Shown here in pieces: positions 9,080 through 18,227 of a DNA stretch of 64,000 bases. Numbering within the stretch: position 1 is the stretch's first letter; each line of letters starts with the position of its first letter. This DNA is from Candidatus Rifleibacteriota bacterium (GTDB taxonomy: Bacteria; Muiribacteriota; Ozemobacteria; Ozemobacterales; Ozemobacteraceae), in NCBI GenBank assembly GCA_012517355.1, contig JAAYVD010000110.1, forward strand, positions 1 through 64,000, given 5' to 3'. The notes beneath the pieces are model-generated. The model did not search any database. It was not told where the DNA came from and worked only from the letters and a program-made list of their open reading frames with translations. The translations under genes were made by a program, and so were the position numbers.

Positions 9080-10234
9080 ATGGGTTTTTTCAGCAATCAG
9101 CTCAGGTCGGTCATCGAGTGGAAGGATCCGTCCCCGGAAGTGCTCATCTGGCGCTGGGATGGCGGCAGCGACGAGTTGAAGAACGCGTCGAAACTGCTGA
9201 TCAACCCTGGCCAGGCGGCCATCTTCGTCTACCAGGGACAGGTGCAGGCCATCCACGACTATCCCGGCCTGTTCGAATTGCGAACGGCCAACCTCCCGTT
9301 CTGGACCACGATCACCAAGATCATGCAGGGGTTCGTGTCCGAACACAAGGCGAACATCTACTTCGTGCGGCTGACCGACTTCCTGAACCAGAAGTGGGGC
9401 ACCAAGGCCCCCATCAAATACGATGACCCGAAGTACAAGTTCCCGGTCGGCCTGCGCGCCTTCGGCAACTTCTCGTTCAAGATCTGCGACCCGCGCAAGT
9501 TCTTCACCGAGATCAGCAGCAACCGCGAAATCTACACGATCGCCGAGATCCGCAACGTCATCGTCGACCGTGTCCTCACCCCCTTGGCCGACCTGTTTGC
9601 CGAGTCGGGGTACAGCTATTCCGAGATCGACAAGAAACGGATGGAACTGTCGAACGAGCTGCGCAAGCGGGTCGCCGACATCTTCCCGCCGCTCGGCTTC
9701 GAATTGACCGACTTCCGCATCGAGAACACCGACTTCGACGACGACACCAAGCGCCGCATCAACAAGATCGCCGACCAGATGGCCGAGGCGCAGGCGGTCA
9801 AGGCCCTGGGTGACATCGACGGCGGCAGCATGAACAACTATACCCGGGTCGAGCAGCTGAAGGCCCTCAACGCCGCCTCCCACAACCCCGGCGGCCTGCC
9901 CGGCATGGGCGTGGGGTTCGGGGCCGCCATGGGCCTCGGCCAGACGATGGGGGCCGCCTTCCAGCCGATGCCGGTGGGACCGGCGGCCGGCCCCACCGTC
10001 GCCTGCCCCGGTTGCCAGTCGCCGATGGCTGCCAACGCCAAGTTCTGCCCGAATTGCGGCAAGCCCAACACCGCCGGCCAGGCCGCCTGCGTGGCCTGCA
10101 AGAAGCCGATGCCCGCCGGCCAGAAGTTCTGCCCCGAATGCGGGGCCCCGCAGAGCGCGGCCTGCCCCGGTTGCCAGAAGCCGATCGCGGCGGGTGCGAA
10201 GTTCTGCCCGGAGTGTGGTTACAAGATGTCCTGA
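9080..10234 (+). CDS. SPFH/band-7 domain protein with three C-terminal zinc ribbons
   Basis: N-terminal GFFSNQLRSVIEWKD...LLINPGQAAIFVYQGQV is typical of SPFH (Band_7_1-type) proteins. The C-terminus has three repeats of CPxC-x9-KFCPxCG. GGGAGGAG ribosome-binding site. Confidence 0.7.
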   Translation: MGFFSNQLRSVIEWKDPSPEVLIWRWDGGSDELKNASKLLINPGQAAIFVYQGQVQAIHDYPGLFELRTANLPFWTTITKIMQGFVSEHKANIYFVRLTDFLNQKWGTKAPIKYDDPKYKFPVGLRAFGNFSFKICDPRKFFTEISSNREIYTIAEIRNVIVDRVLTPLADLFAESGYSYSEIDKKRMELSNELRKRVADIFPPLGFELTDFRIENTDFDDDTKRRINKIADQMAEAQAVKALGDIDGGSMNNYTRVEQLKALNAASHNPGGLPGMGVGFGAAMGLGQTMGAAFQPMPVGPAAGPTVACPGCQSPMAANAKFCPNCGKPNTAGQAACVACKKPMPAGQKFCPECGAPQSAACPGCQKPIAAGAKFCPECGYKMS

Positions 10235-10253
10235 TCGTTCGACCCGGCGTCTG

Positions 10254-10285
10254 ACGGGGGCGGGAAGACGGTTTCCCGCCCCCGT
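10254..10285. terminator. strong hairpin between convergent genes (ACGGGGGCGGGAA-GACGGT-TTCCCGCCCCCGT)
   Basis: 13-bp perfect stem between the SPFH gene (+) and the Tim44/TerB gene (-). Candidate bidirectional terminator; no strong U-tract. Confidence 0.45.
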
Positions 10286-10490
10286 TCCGCGTCCGGTTGC
10301 CGCCGCTGGCCGGGGTCGTGGCCGCATCCAGGCGGAGCCCGTCCCTGGTCACGTCGGACGGAGAAAGGACGGCTGCGGATGGACGCGGATGAGAGGGGAT
10401 GAGAGCGGAAAGGTCGCCGCGTTCATCAGTGGCAAGGACGACGGTTCCTGCTTTCGGTGAAAGCGGTCGAACCTTCCGCCACCCTGATGA

Positions 10491-12845
10491 CTAGGCCGGG
10501 GGCGGGTCGCGGGGGAGGGCCTTGAGATTCTGCAGGGCGCGGCGGGCCTCCTGGAACAGGCGGGTGCGCTCTTTGGTGATGAGCATCTTCACGTCGACGG
10601 GCGAAAGGGCGATCCGCTTGCCGAAGGCGGTCAGCAGGGTCATCTCGTCGTCGCTGAGCCGCCCGTCGGCCAGGGCCATGGCCGCCATCTCCCGCAGCAT
10701 CTCCCGTGCCTCCTCGGGCGACTCCGGAACGGGGAGGGAGTCGAAGCGGCGACCACTTTCGCGCAACGCGACGATGGTTTCGCGGACCTTCGCCTCGGGA
10801 ATGCCGTTCCGCTCGCCGAACTCGCCCAGGCGGACCATCTCCCGGTCGTCGATGACGCCGTCGGCCAGCATGGTGGCCACCAGCCACTCCAGCAGCTGCA
10901 GCGGGGCGCGGACCCGGGAGACGGCGGTCCCGGTCGGGGCGGCCGCGCCAGGGCCGGCCGGCGAGTCGGGGCCTGGTGACACGGGGCCAGAGGACCCGGG
11001 GCCCGGCCGGTCGTGGGCGCCGGTCGTGGCCGCCACCGGGACCGGGCTGCCGCCCGCCGCCGGGGCGGGGGCCGGGCCGAAGCTTCCACCGGCCACGGGG
11101 GTCATGGCCTTGGCTCTGGATTGGTCGAGGTCGCGGGCCTGCCGGATGGCGGCCATGACCTCGCTGTCGGTGGCCGACAGCAGTTTCTCGAGCGTCCAGT
11201 CGCGGGAACCGTCGTTGAGCACGGTGTCGCAGTAGGGGCAGACGAACTCCTGGCCGGTCTGTTCGGGGGCCCCGCAGTTGGGACAGTGGGAGCTGTCGAG
11301 GCTGGCCTTGACCTCGGTGGTGACGCCGTGCCGGCGCACGAGCACGAACGCGGAGCGAAGGCGGCGCGGTCCTTTCCCGGCCTGGACGACCCGGCCGTCG
11401 GCCTGGCGTTCCTGCAGCCGGCCGCTCCAGGCGACCTCGACGAACACGCGGTCGAACGGGTCGCCGGGCAGGACCGCTTTGACGACGACCGCTCCGACGG
11501 CGCAGCGCGTGTAGAAGGACCGGGTGCCGTCCTCGCCGGGTTTGAGCCGGAAAGTCAGCCCTTCCATGAAGCGGTCGAGGGCGAACTTCCTCATGGGGGC
11601 GGGGTCGCCGGTCCGCTCGGCCAGGGCGTGCCGCCAGAAGATGACGGCGGCCCGGTCTTCGAGGTGCTGGACGTTGAACCCCGGGTCGGCCCGCTGGAAC
11701 GTCTTCATGCCGGGGATGGCGGCGGGGTCGGTGGCGGTCCATTCACAGGCCTGGGTGATGTCCGCCAGGACCCAGTCGTGCTCGCCGGACCGGAGGTAGG
11801 AGTTGCAGACGGGGCAGATGGCCACCCGCACGATCTCGATGGGGGCGCTGCAGTTGGGGCAGAACCCCTCCAGCAGGCCCGGTTTGGCCAGGGTCCGGGC
11901 GCCGGGCCGGCGCAGGAAGGACCAGACCTCCTCGAACACCTCGGGGGTGGTGGGCCCTTCCACCCATTTGCCGGTCCGGGCCGCGACCCGGTAGTTGGTG
12001 GCGGATGCCCGGATGGAGACGTGGACGGTGTCGAACCCGGGGTCGCTCTCCACCTGCCGCAGGGTGGTGTCGAGCACCTTCAGTTCCTCGAGGTGATCAC
12101 GCAGGCCAGCCTCGGCCAGTTCGCGGAGCAGGATCTGGAACCGGTCGTAGACGCCGTCCGAGAGGAACGCCTGGGCCTTGGCGAGGTCGGCCCGCGACCA
12201 GCCCTCCTGGATGGCGGTGAAGGCCTGGCGGACGCGGGTGAGGAACCGGGCCTGGTTCCAGGCGGGGTCGCGCTCGCGCAGCCGCCGCTCGGCGTTCGCC
12301 CGCTCGAGGGTCCCCTGCGCCTGGGTGCCCCGGCGGATGGTGTAGTCGACGTAGCGTTCCTTCCCCTCGTTGGCGGAATAGACGATGATGGCGATGACGA
12401 GGATCAGGAGCGGGATTCCCACCAGGGGCTGCTCGATGCTCAGTTCGATGAGCCGGAGGAGCAGGTAGATGGCGTCGCCGTCGAGCCCCCCGCCTCCGCC
12501 TCCCCCGCCACCGCTGTCGGACGGGCCGGGGAACCCTTCCCCGCCCCCGGCGCGGGCCAGCAGGGTTGGTGCGACCAGCACCGTCAGGAGCAGGGAAGCC
12601 GCGACCGGGACGACCCACCAGGCGGTGGAGTGGCGGCACGGGCGGTGGTCCCGAGCGGTGGCATCCGACCCCCAGCCCGGAAAGGCGGTCGTGTGCCGCC
12701 GTTCCCGCAGCGGGGCCGGGCCTCGGGTGGCGGCCTCCGGGAGGATCTGAGGGGAGGGGCGGTCACCGGGGAAGCCTGGGGAGGAGGCGGCCGGTCTGGC
12801 GGGTTCTGGCGTGGGGCGCCGATCCTGGACGGGAGAAGGCTTCAT
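10491..12845 (-). CDS. membrane protein with tandem Tim44-like domains, CxxC zinc ribbons and a C-terminal TerB-like domain
   Basis: 784 aa. Has a Gly9 run, two Tim44-like segments each followed by CPNC/CPxC pairs, and a C-terminal LADGVIDDREM...LADGRLSDDEM TerB-like repeat. Confidence 0.6.
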   Translation of the reverse strand: MKPSPVQDRRPTPEPARPAASSPGFPGDRPSPQILPEAATRGPAPLRERRHTTAFPGWGSDATARDHRPCRHSTAWWVVPVAASLLLTVLVAPTLLARAGGGEGFPGPSDSGGGGGGGGGLDGDAIYLLLRLIELSIEQPLVGIPLLILVIAIIVYSANEGKERYVDYTIRRGTQAQGTLERANAERRLRERDPAWNQARFLTRVRQAFTAIQEGWSRADLAKAQAFLSDGVYDRFQILLRELAEAGLRDHLEELKVLDTTLRQVESDPGFDTVHVSIRASATNYRVAARTGKWVEGPTTPEVFEEVWSFLRRPGARTLAKPGLLEGFCPNCSAPIEIVRVAICPVCNSYLRSGEHDWVLADITQACEWTATDPAAIPGMKTFQRADPGFNVQHLEDRAAVIFWRHALAERTGDPAPMRKFALDRFMEGLTFRLKPGEDGTRSFYTRCAVGAVVVKAVLPGDPFDRVFVEVAWSGRLQERQADGRVVQAGKGPRRLRSAFVLVRRHGVTTEVKASLDSSHCPNCGAPEQTGQEFVCPYCDTVLNDGSRDWTLEKLLSATDSEVMAAIRQARDLDQSRAKAMTPVAGGSFGPAPAPAAGGSPVPVAATTGAHDRPGPGSSGPVSPGPDSPAGPGAAAPTGTAVSRVRAPLQLLEWLVATMLADGVIDDREMVRLGEFGERNGIPEAKVRETIVALRESGRRFDSLPVPESPEEAREMLREMAAMALADGRLSDDEMTLLTAFGKRIALSPVDVKMLITKERTRLFQEARRALQNLKALPRDPPPA

Positions 12846-12855
12846 GCCGGGGCGG

Positions 12856-14823
12856 CTACCGGTTGGTGGCCGGGATCCTGGCCGTGGCGGCCTGCCCGGC
12901 CTCGATCACCTGGTTCCAGAAGGCCTGGTAATCCTCCCAGCCGTTCGCGGCGGCGTGCGCGGCCGCCCGTTTCGCCTCGTCCAGCAGGGCGGCGAGGGCC
13001 GGGGCGAGGTTGGTCAGGGCGGGGTGGGCGGCGAGGGTGGCGGCCGGCGGCGGGGCCTGCCCGGCCAGGAAGCGGACGTCATCGCGCAGGATCTGGCGGG
13101 TCTGGTTGTCGGTGCGGAACACTCCCTGCCAGTCAACCACCTGGGCGGCGTGGAACAGCCATTCCTGCTCGGGGGACAGGCCGCGTGCGGCCAGGACGCG
13201 GAAGGCGTTCAGGCGGGCGGTGGTGGAGGCGGGGTCGGCCATCGCCCGGGTGAGCCATGCTTCGAGGCGCGGGAAGAAGGCCCCGGCCGCCAGCCTCATC
13301 GCCGGCGAGTCGGTGGCCAGGAGGGTGCGTTCGAGCAAGGGGAAGCGGTCGAGGGCGGGGGGAAGCGAGGCTGGGTCGCTGGCGGTGGCGAAGAAGCCGA
13401 TGGCTTCCTGCAGAAGGGGCGAGTCTTCCGACCCGGGGGAGGAGAGGACCTCGGCCTGGTAGACGGCCGCCGCATCGACCGGCCGGCCGGCCAGCGGCAG
13501 GAGGCGGAGGGCGTTCCAGCGAAGGGCGCGGTTGGCCTCGTCGGTCGTCGCCAGGGCCTGCTCCAGGAGGGGGCCAAACCGGGCCAGGCAGTGGCTGGCG
13601 ATGAAGGCGCGGGGCTCGTCCATTCCATCATCGGGGGGGTAGTTCCGCAGGAAGTAGTCCATCGTTTCGACGAACCCGGGGTCGGCGGTGAAACTGGCGG
13701 GCTCGAAGGCGGCGCGGGCGTGCATGAACAGGACGCTCTTGGGGCCGTTGATGCCCGTGCGGTGGTAGAACCGGGCGATGCGCTCGATGGTGGAGGGCCG
13801 GGTCTTCTGCTCCTCGGCCAGGCGATCCAGCAGTTCCTCGGCCTGGCGCTTGCCGGCGAAGCCTTCCTCGGCGAGGGTCTGGGCCTCGGCCAGGGTGACC
13901 TCGGCCTCGAGGTCGGGCAGGGGCCCGAGGGAGCCGAACCGGGTGCGGTAGTCGTCGAGGAGTTCCCGGGCGGCCGAGGCCTGGTGGCGGTCGAGCGACT
14001 GGCGGACGGCCATTTCGAGGCTGCGATTGAGCAGCTCGAGCCCCTGGGCGTGGTTGGGGGAGTCGGCCAGGAGCTGCGAGACGGCGGTGAGGGCCCGGCG
14101 GGGTTCGCCGGTGTTGAGGGCGCGGTTGGCCTCGAGGAGCTGGGGCGGGATGGAAGCCTTCCAGGTCCAGAGGATGGCCAGGCAGGTGGCCAGGGCGAGG
14201 GCGGTGACCAGGATGACCACCGGCAGGGGAAGAGTGGGCGCGGGGGCGGGGGCGTTCAGGCTCATCTTCTGCTGCTGGCTGGCCAGGGCTTTCTGGAACT
14301 GCTCGGAATCGAGGTCCTGGACGACCCGGTAGATCTTCAGGGCCTCGGGGACCCCCTTCAGTCGGAACTCCCCGACCAGGCTGGTGGGGACCTCCTGCTT
14401 GTTCATGGCCAGGTAGGTGGCCTCGGTGAACCAGATCTCGTTGCCCTCGGTGATGTGCTCGACGCGCGAGGCGATGTTCACCGCCTCGCCCAGCACGTCG
14501 CCGTCGGTGAGGGAGACCTCGCCGGTGTTGATGGCGACGCGGATCTCGATCCGTTCCTCGACGGGAGCGGTGCGGTTGTAGTCGCGGAGGCGATCCTGCA
14601 TCATCAGGGAGCACAGGACGGCGTTGGTCGGGCTGTCGAAGGTGAGCAGGAAGGCGTCGCCGATGGTCTTGACCAGGGTCCCCTCGTAGCGGGCGATGAT
14701 CGGCCGCAGCAGGGCGTCGTGCTTTTCCCGCAGCTTGACCGCGAAATCGCGGCCTCCCTGCGAGGTGCGCTCGGTGAACCCCTTGATGTCGGTGAAGACG
14801 ACGCTCAGCAGTCGTGACGGCAT
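12856..14823 (-). CDS. class III adenylate/guanylate cyclase with a TM segment and C-terminal helical-repeat region
   Basis: Start at MPSRLLSVVFTDIKGFTERTS (ATG 14821-14823, GGAGAGAG ribosome-binding site). The cyclase-homology domain has a FTDIKGFT metal-binding motif. A 10-bp gap separates it from the downstream Tim44/TerB gene. Confidence 0.75.
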   Translation of the reverse strand: MPSRLLSVVFTDIKGFTERTSQGGRDFAVKLREKHDALLRPIIARYEGTLVKTIGDAFLLTFDSPTNAVLCSLMMQDRLRDYNRTAPVEERIEIRVAINTGEVSLTDGDVLGEAVNIASRVEHITEGNEIWFTEATYLAMNKQEVPTSLVGEFRLKGVPEALKIYRVVQDLDSEQFQKALASQQQKMSLNAPAPAPTLPLPVVILVTALALATCLAILWTWKASIPPQLLEANRALNTGEPRRALTAVSQLLADSPNHAQGLELLNRSLEMAVRQSLDRHQASAARELLDDYRTRFGSLGPLPDLEAEVTLAEAQTLAEEGFAGKRQAEELLDRLAEEQKTRPSTIERIARFYHRTGINGPKSVLFMHARAAFEPASFTADPGFVETMDYFLRNYPPDDGMDEPRAFIASHCLARFGPLLEQALATTDEANRALRWNALRLLPLAGRPVDAAAVYQAEVLSSPGSEDSPLLQEAIGFFATASDPASLPPALDRFPLLERTLLATDSPAMRLAAGAFFPRLEAWLTRAMADPASTTARLNAFRVLAARGLSPEQEWLFHAAQVVDWQGVFRTDNQTRQILRDDVRFLAGQAPPPAATLAAHPALTNLAPALAALLDEAKRAAAHAAANGWEDYQAFWNQVIEAGQAATARIPATNR

Positions 14824-14898
14824 GTTCTCTCTCCCGGGCGGGGATCCGCTCGGGAGTAGTGTAACACAGGAACCGGGCAGAGGGGGGGCCTGGTCAGG

Positions 14899-15052
14899 GC
14901 GAACGAAACCCTTGGAAACCCTGTCAGAGCGGACGGAGTTCCGCTCCTCCCGACCACCCCGCCAGGGGCCATCGGCCCCTGGACCCCTTTTTTCTGCCTG
15001 CCGAACGCGGAGCGTTCGGCAGGCGGGCCGCCCGCTTCGCGAGCCGACCAGG
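14899..15052. repeat. repeat family B (~150 bp structured element), copy 1
   Basis: Contains hairpins CCAGGGGCCATCGGCCCCTGG, GCCGAACGCGGAGCGTTCGGC and GGAGCGGA..TCCGCTCC. An inverted copy lies at 60437-60578. Confidence 0.6.
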
Positions 15053-15146
15053 CCGTGTGTCTCTGTTGACCATGCGGATGCCAACCTGGCATTTGCCCTG
15101 GGGGCCTGGTCGGGTCGGACCCGGAAGTGAAGATGGACTCACGGGA

Positions 15147-16121
15147 TCAGCGCAGGGGAGGTAGAAGGGTGTCGGACCAGGCCAGGCCGAACCGGGCGTA
15201 GAAGGCGGCGATGACCGCCGGTCGGCGGGCGACGGTTCCCCGGCAGAAGACGGTGACGATCCGCTGAGACGCGCCCGTGCGGCCGAACCCGGCGAACCAG
15301 ACGGCGCCGTCGTGGGTGCCCGTCTTGCCGAACAGGGCAACGGCGGGGTCGGGGCTGGGCCAGCGCAAGGCCTCGACGAGGGTGTCCCGCACCCCGGCGG
15401 GGTCGGGCAGGCGGCCGGTGGCCAGGCGTTCGAGGAAGGCCTGCTGCTGGCGGGGGGTGATCCGGAGCCTCCCGCCCTTGACGACGGGGGTCCAGTCCCT
15501 GCCCAGCCAGCCGGCCAGGGCATGGGTGGTGGCGTAGCCGCTGCGGCTGAGAAACTCCTCGATGGCCGGGCGGCCCGCCCGGGGAGCGGTCTCTTGGAAG
15601 AACGCGTTGCTGGAATAGAGCAGCGCCTGGTGCAGGTCGAGGGCGAAGGTGCCGGTGCCCAGGTAGGGGTCGTGGCAAGCGAGGCGCGTCGAGGAAGCGA
15701 CCACGCCGTGCTCGAGGGCCACCCAGGCGAGGGCGATCTTGAAAGTGGAGGCGGGGCAGAAGGGCCGGTCGGCGAGGGCGGGGTTGCCGGCGACCACCCG
15801 GGCGGGCTCCCCGTCAGAGCTTTCGAGGATGACGAAATCGGCGGTGGGAAGAGCGGCGGCCTTCTTGCCCGGCGCGGGACCGGAGTTTTGCGCCGCCATT
15901 CCTGGCGGCAAGGAAGCGCTGCCGACCTCTTGTCGGCCGGCTCGAGGCCTGGAGACCGCTCCTTCCGTCGATGAGGGGGCTTTCCTGCCCCGACCTCCGG
16001 CCTCCTGCCGGTCGGGCTCCGGTGGGGGGGCGGCCCTGGCCAAGCCGGGAACGGTGGTCAGGAACAGGACGAGGGACAGGAGGGCAAGGGCGGCGGGGCG
16101 TGGATGGTGGGCGGGGTTCAC
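15147..16121 (-). CDS. penicillin-binding/beta-lactamase-fold protein (class D or BlaR-sensor-like transpeptidase fold)
   Basis: Motifs STFK (S-x-x-K), SSN and KTG are present. GTG start at 16121 (VNPAHHPRPAALALLSLVLFL, signal-peptide-like) lies directly after the pqiB stop. Alternative start MAAQNSG at about 15898. Confidence 0.6.
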   Translation of the reverse strand: MNPAHHPRPAALALLSLVLFLTTVPGLARAAPPPEPDRQEAGGRGRKAPSSTEGAVSRPRAGRQEVGSASLPPGMAAQNSGPAPGKKAAALPTADFVILESSDGEPARVVAGNPALADRPFCPASTFKIALAWVALEHGVVASSTRLACHDPYLGTGTFALDLHQALLYSSNAFFQETAPRAGRPAIEEFLSRSGYATTHALAGWLGRDWTPVVKGGRLRITPRQQQAFLERLATGRLPDPAGVRDTLVEALRWPSPDPAVALFGKTGTHDGAVWFAGFGRTGASQRIVTVFCRGTVARRPAVIAAFYARFGLAWSDTLLPPLR

Positions 16122-17581
16122 GGCAGTTTCTCCGGCAACAGGACGACGCGGGCGGGGCGGCCGGCCTCCAGGTGGAGCAGGCCGAGCACCTTCCCGTCGG
16201 CCAGGGCGAGGACGGCCGCCCCGTGCCAGGCGGGTGGCAGGCCCAGGGCGGGGTCGACCAGCCAGGAACCGTCGGGGGCCGCTGTCAGACGCGATGCCTG
16301 CAGAGGGAGGGGCGGGGTCTGCGGGTCGCCCACGGCACAGGCGTCTTCGGGGGCGGTGGGATGCCGCCGGCGTCCGTCCGGCCAGGCCGTGGGCAGGGTG
16401 CCGGCCGCCGGGTCGGTCAATCGCAGGAAGGGGACGGCCTCGCCTGATGGGGCCGGGGCGATCCGCCAGGTCCGGCCCAGGCCCTGGATCGGCAGGGGCG
16501 AGCCGTTGCCCGCATCGACGGCGAGGTCGGCGGGGCACAGGAGACCGCCGGCGAGGGGCAGCGCCCAGGCGCGGCGGACGTGCTGCTCGGTCCACAGGCC
16601 CGCCAGCCGGGACTCGGTCCAACTGGTCTGCACCCGCACCAGTTCCGGCAGCGGGGTGCCGGGAGGCAGCAGGCGGTCGCCCAGCCACAGGGCGGGCTTC
16701 CAGGCGAGCCATTCGGGTTCGGGCCTGGCGTGCAGGGGGAACCGGTGGCCCGGCTTCACCTCCGACCCGGCCGGGTCGGGCGTGGCCAGGCAGATGCCGC
16801 CGGCCAGCACGGTCTGCAGGGATTCCATGTCGAGGGTCAGGCCCCGCAGGAGGCCGAGATCGAAGGCGAGGCCACTGGCGTTCCAGAACCGGGAGTTGTC
16901 CCGGACGAGGCCGGCGAACCGGGGCTCGACCAGCACCCGGACGTCGACCCCCACGGCATCGGGGGCGAGGCCGACGGCGAGCACCGCGCCGACCTGGCAC
17001 TGCCGGAACAGGATGGGGGCCCCGGGCCGCAGGCTGCCGCGGGAGCCGGCCTGCAGGGTGATCTCCAGGCCACCGGGCGGGGCCTCGGCGGGCGGGGCCT
17101 CCTCTTGGCCGATGAACTCCGTCCGGGGCGGCCCTTCCCCGGGAAGGACTCCGATGTAGCGCGGCCCGATCAGGGTGTCCAGTCCTTGCACCCCGTACAG
17201 GCCCGCCTGGGGGTGGACGATCCAGAAGGCCGATCCCTGGGCGGTCAGGCCCCGGTAGGCGTTCTCGATCTGCAGACGGAGGTCGACCCCGCGCAGGTCT
17301 GGGGACAATCGCACCTCGCCCACCCGTCCCACGTCGATGCCCCGGAACTTGACGGCGTCACCCGTCTTGATGCCGTGGCCGGCGCGGAACTGGACACGCA
17401 CGGTCAGGGGTTTCCGCCCCAGGGAGGCGATGCCCAGGCCGGCCACCAGGAAGAGGGCGGCCACGGGCAGCACCCACAGCCGTGTCGAGGGCAGATCGCG
17501 CAGAAGGGTGGCCCGGGGAAAAGGGGGGGTGGAGGTTCCGGCCGCTTCGGGGGCGGTTCCGCCGGAGGGTGATTCAGTCAT
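16118..17581 (-). CDS. pqiB: MCE-domain protein (PqiB/MlaD family)
   Basis: N-terminal TM helix followed by repeated MCE-like segments (VRVQFRAGHGIKTGDAVKFRGIDVGRV...). Overlaps pqiA by 8 nt. Confidence 0.7.
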   Translation of the reverse strand: MTESPSGGTAPEAAGTSTPPFPRATLLRDLPSTRLWVLPVAALFLVAGLGIASLGRKPLTVRVQFRAGHGIKTGDAVKFRGIDVGRVGEVRLSPDLRGVDLRLQIENAYRGLTAQGSAFWIVHPQAGLYGVQGLDTLIGPRYIGVLPGEGPPRTEFIGQEEAPPAEAPPGGLEITLQAGSRGSLRPGAPILFRQCQVGAVLAVGLAPDAVGVDVRVLVEPRFAGLVRDNSRFWNASGLAFDLGLLRGLTLDMESLQTVLAGGICLATPDPAGSEVKPGHRFPLHARPEPEWLAWKPALWLGDRLLPPGTPLPELVRVQTSWTESRLAGLWTEQHVRRAWALPLAGGLLCPADLAVDAGNGSPLPIQGLGRTWRIAPAPSGEAVPFLRLTDPAAGTLPTAWPDGRRRHPTAPEDACAVGDPQTPPLPLQASRLTAAPDGSWLVDPALGLPPAWHGAAVLALADGKVLGLLHLEAGRPARVVLLPEKLP

Positions 17582-18227
17582 GGGCGGCCTCGTTCCAGAT
17601 GGAGTGCGGGTCGTAGCAGGCGGAGGCGGTCAGGCTGAGGGCCACGCACAGGGTGAAGAGAGCCGCCCCTTCCCCCGGCTTGACCTCGAGGAGGTTGCCC
17701 AGTTTGACCGCCGCCACCAGGACGGCGACGAGGAGGACGTCGAGCATCCCCCACCGGCCGACCAGTTCGATGAACCGGAAGGACCCTGCCCGGAACTTCG
17801 GGGAGAGGGGCAGGAACCGCCCCGAGATCAGCAGCAGCCCCGCCAGCTTGGCCAGGGGAAAGACGAACGAGCAGAAGAAGACGATGGCAGCCAGCACCAG
17901 GTGGCCGTCCGCCCACAGCTCCACGCAACCGCGCAGGATGCCGGTCTCGTGGACATGGCCGAACCGCTCCAGGTGCAAAACCGGGAGCCAGACGGCCAGG
18001 GGGAACAGGATGAGGGCGGCCAGGGCGCAGGCCGCGGTGCGAGCGCGCCGCCGGCGGTCCTCGCCGGGCGGGGGAAAGGGGGTGGCGCAGCGGACGCAGG
18101 CCCAAAGAGCGGGGGTGGCCCCCGAACCCGAACCTTCCGCCTGGCGGGCGGAAGGGACGAACTGGATGAGGCCGCAGCAGGGGCAGGCGCGCAGCCCTTC
18201 GGCCGGCGGGCCTCCCGCCGGGGTCAT
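17574..18227 (-). CDS. pqiA: PqiA-family integral membrane protein (paraquat-inducible protein A-like)
   Basis: CPCCG...CVRC zinc-ribbon-like N-terminus followed by TM helices. 4-nt overlap with the upstream outer-membrane gene. Confidence 0.65.
   Translation of the reverse strand: MTPAGGPPAEGLRACPCCGLIQFVPSARQAEGSGSGATPALWACVRCATPFPPPGEDRRRRARTAACALAALILFPLAVWLPVLHLERFGHVHETGILRGCVELWADGHLVLAAIVFFCSFVFPLAKLAGLLLISGRFLPLSPKFRAGSFRFIELVGRWGMLDVLLVAVLVAAVKLGNLLEVKPGEGAALFTLCVALSLTASACYDPHSIWNEAAHD

Noticed and set aside
11013-13253. 746-aa plus-strand ORF (and similar long ORFs at 12811-14817, 7257-8843, 22324-24627, 25283-27109, 27261-29198, 33019-35391, 36469-39624, 39670-41571, 48094-51360, 56275-58545, 58250-60208, 61704-63518)
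   Set aside because: These are Arg/Gly/Pro/Ala-rich shadow ORFs, typical of a high-GC genome. Each lies antisense to a gene with clear family motifs (cyclase, ClpA, ABC-F, PncB and others). They have no ribosome-binding sites or recognisable domains.
16122-17000. 617-aa version of the beta-lactamase-fold ORF (15147-17000) extending through pqiB
   Set aside because: The N-terminal 290 aa are Arg/Pro-rich nonsense overlapping the well-supported MCE/PqiB gene in another frame. A GTG at 16121 follows the pqiB stop and starts a signal peptide.
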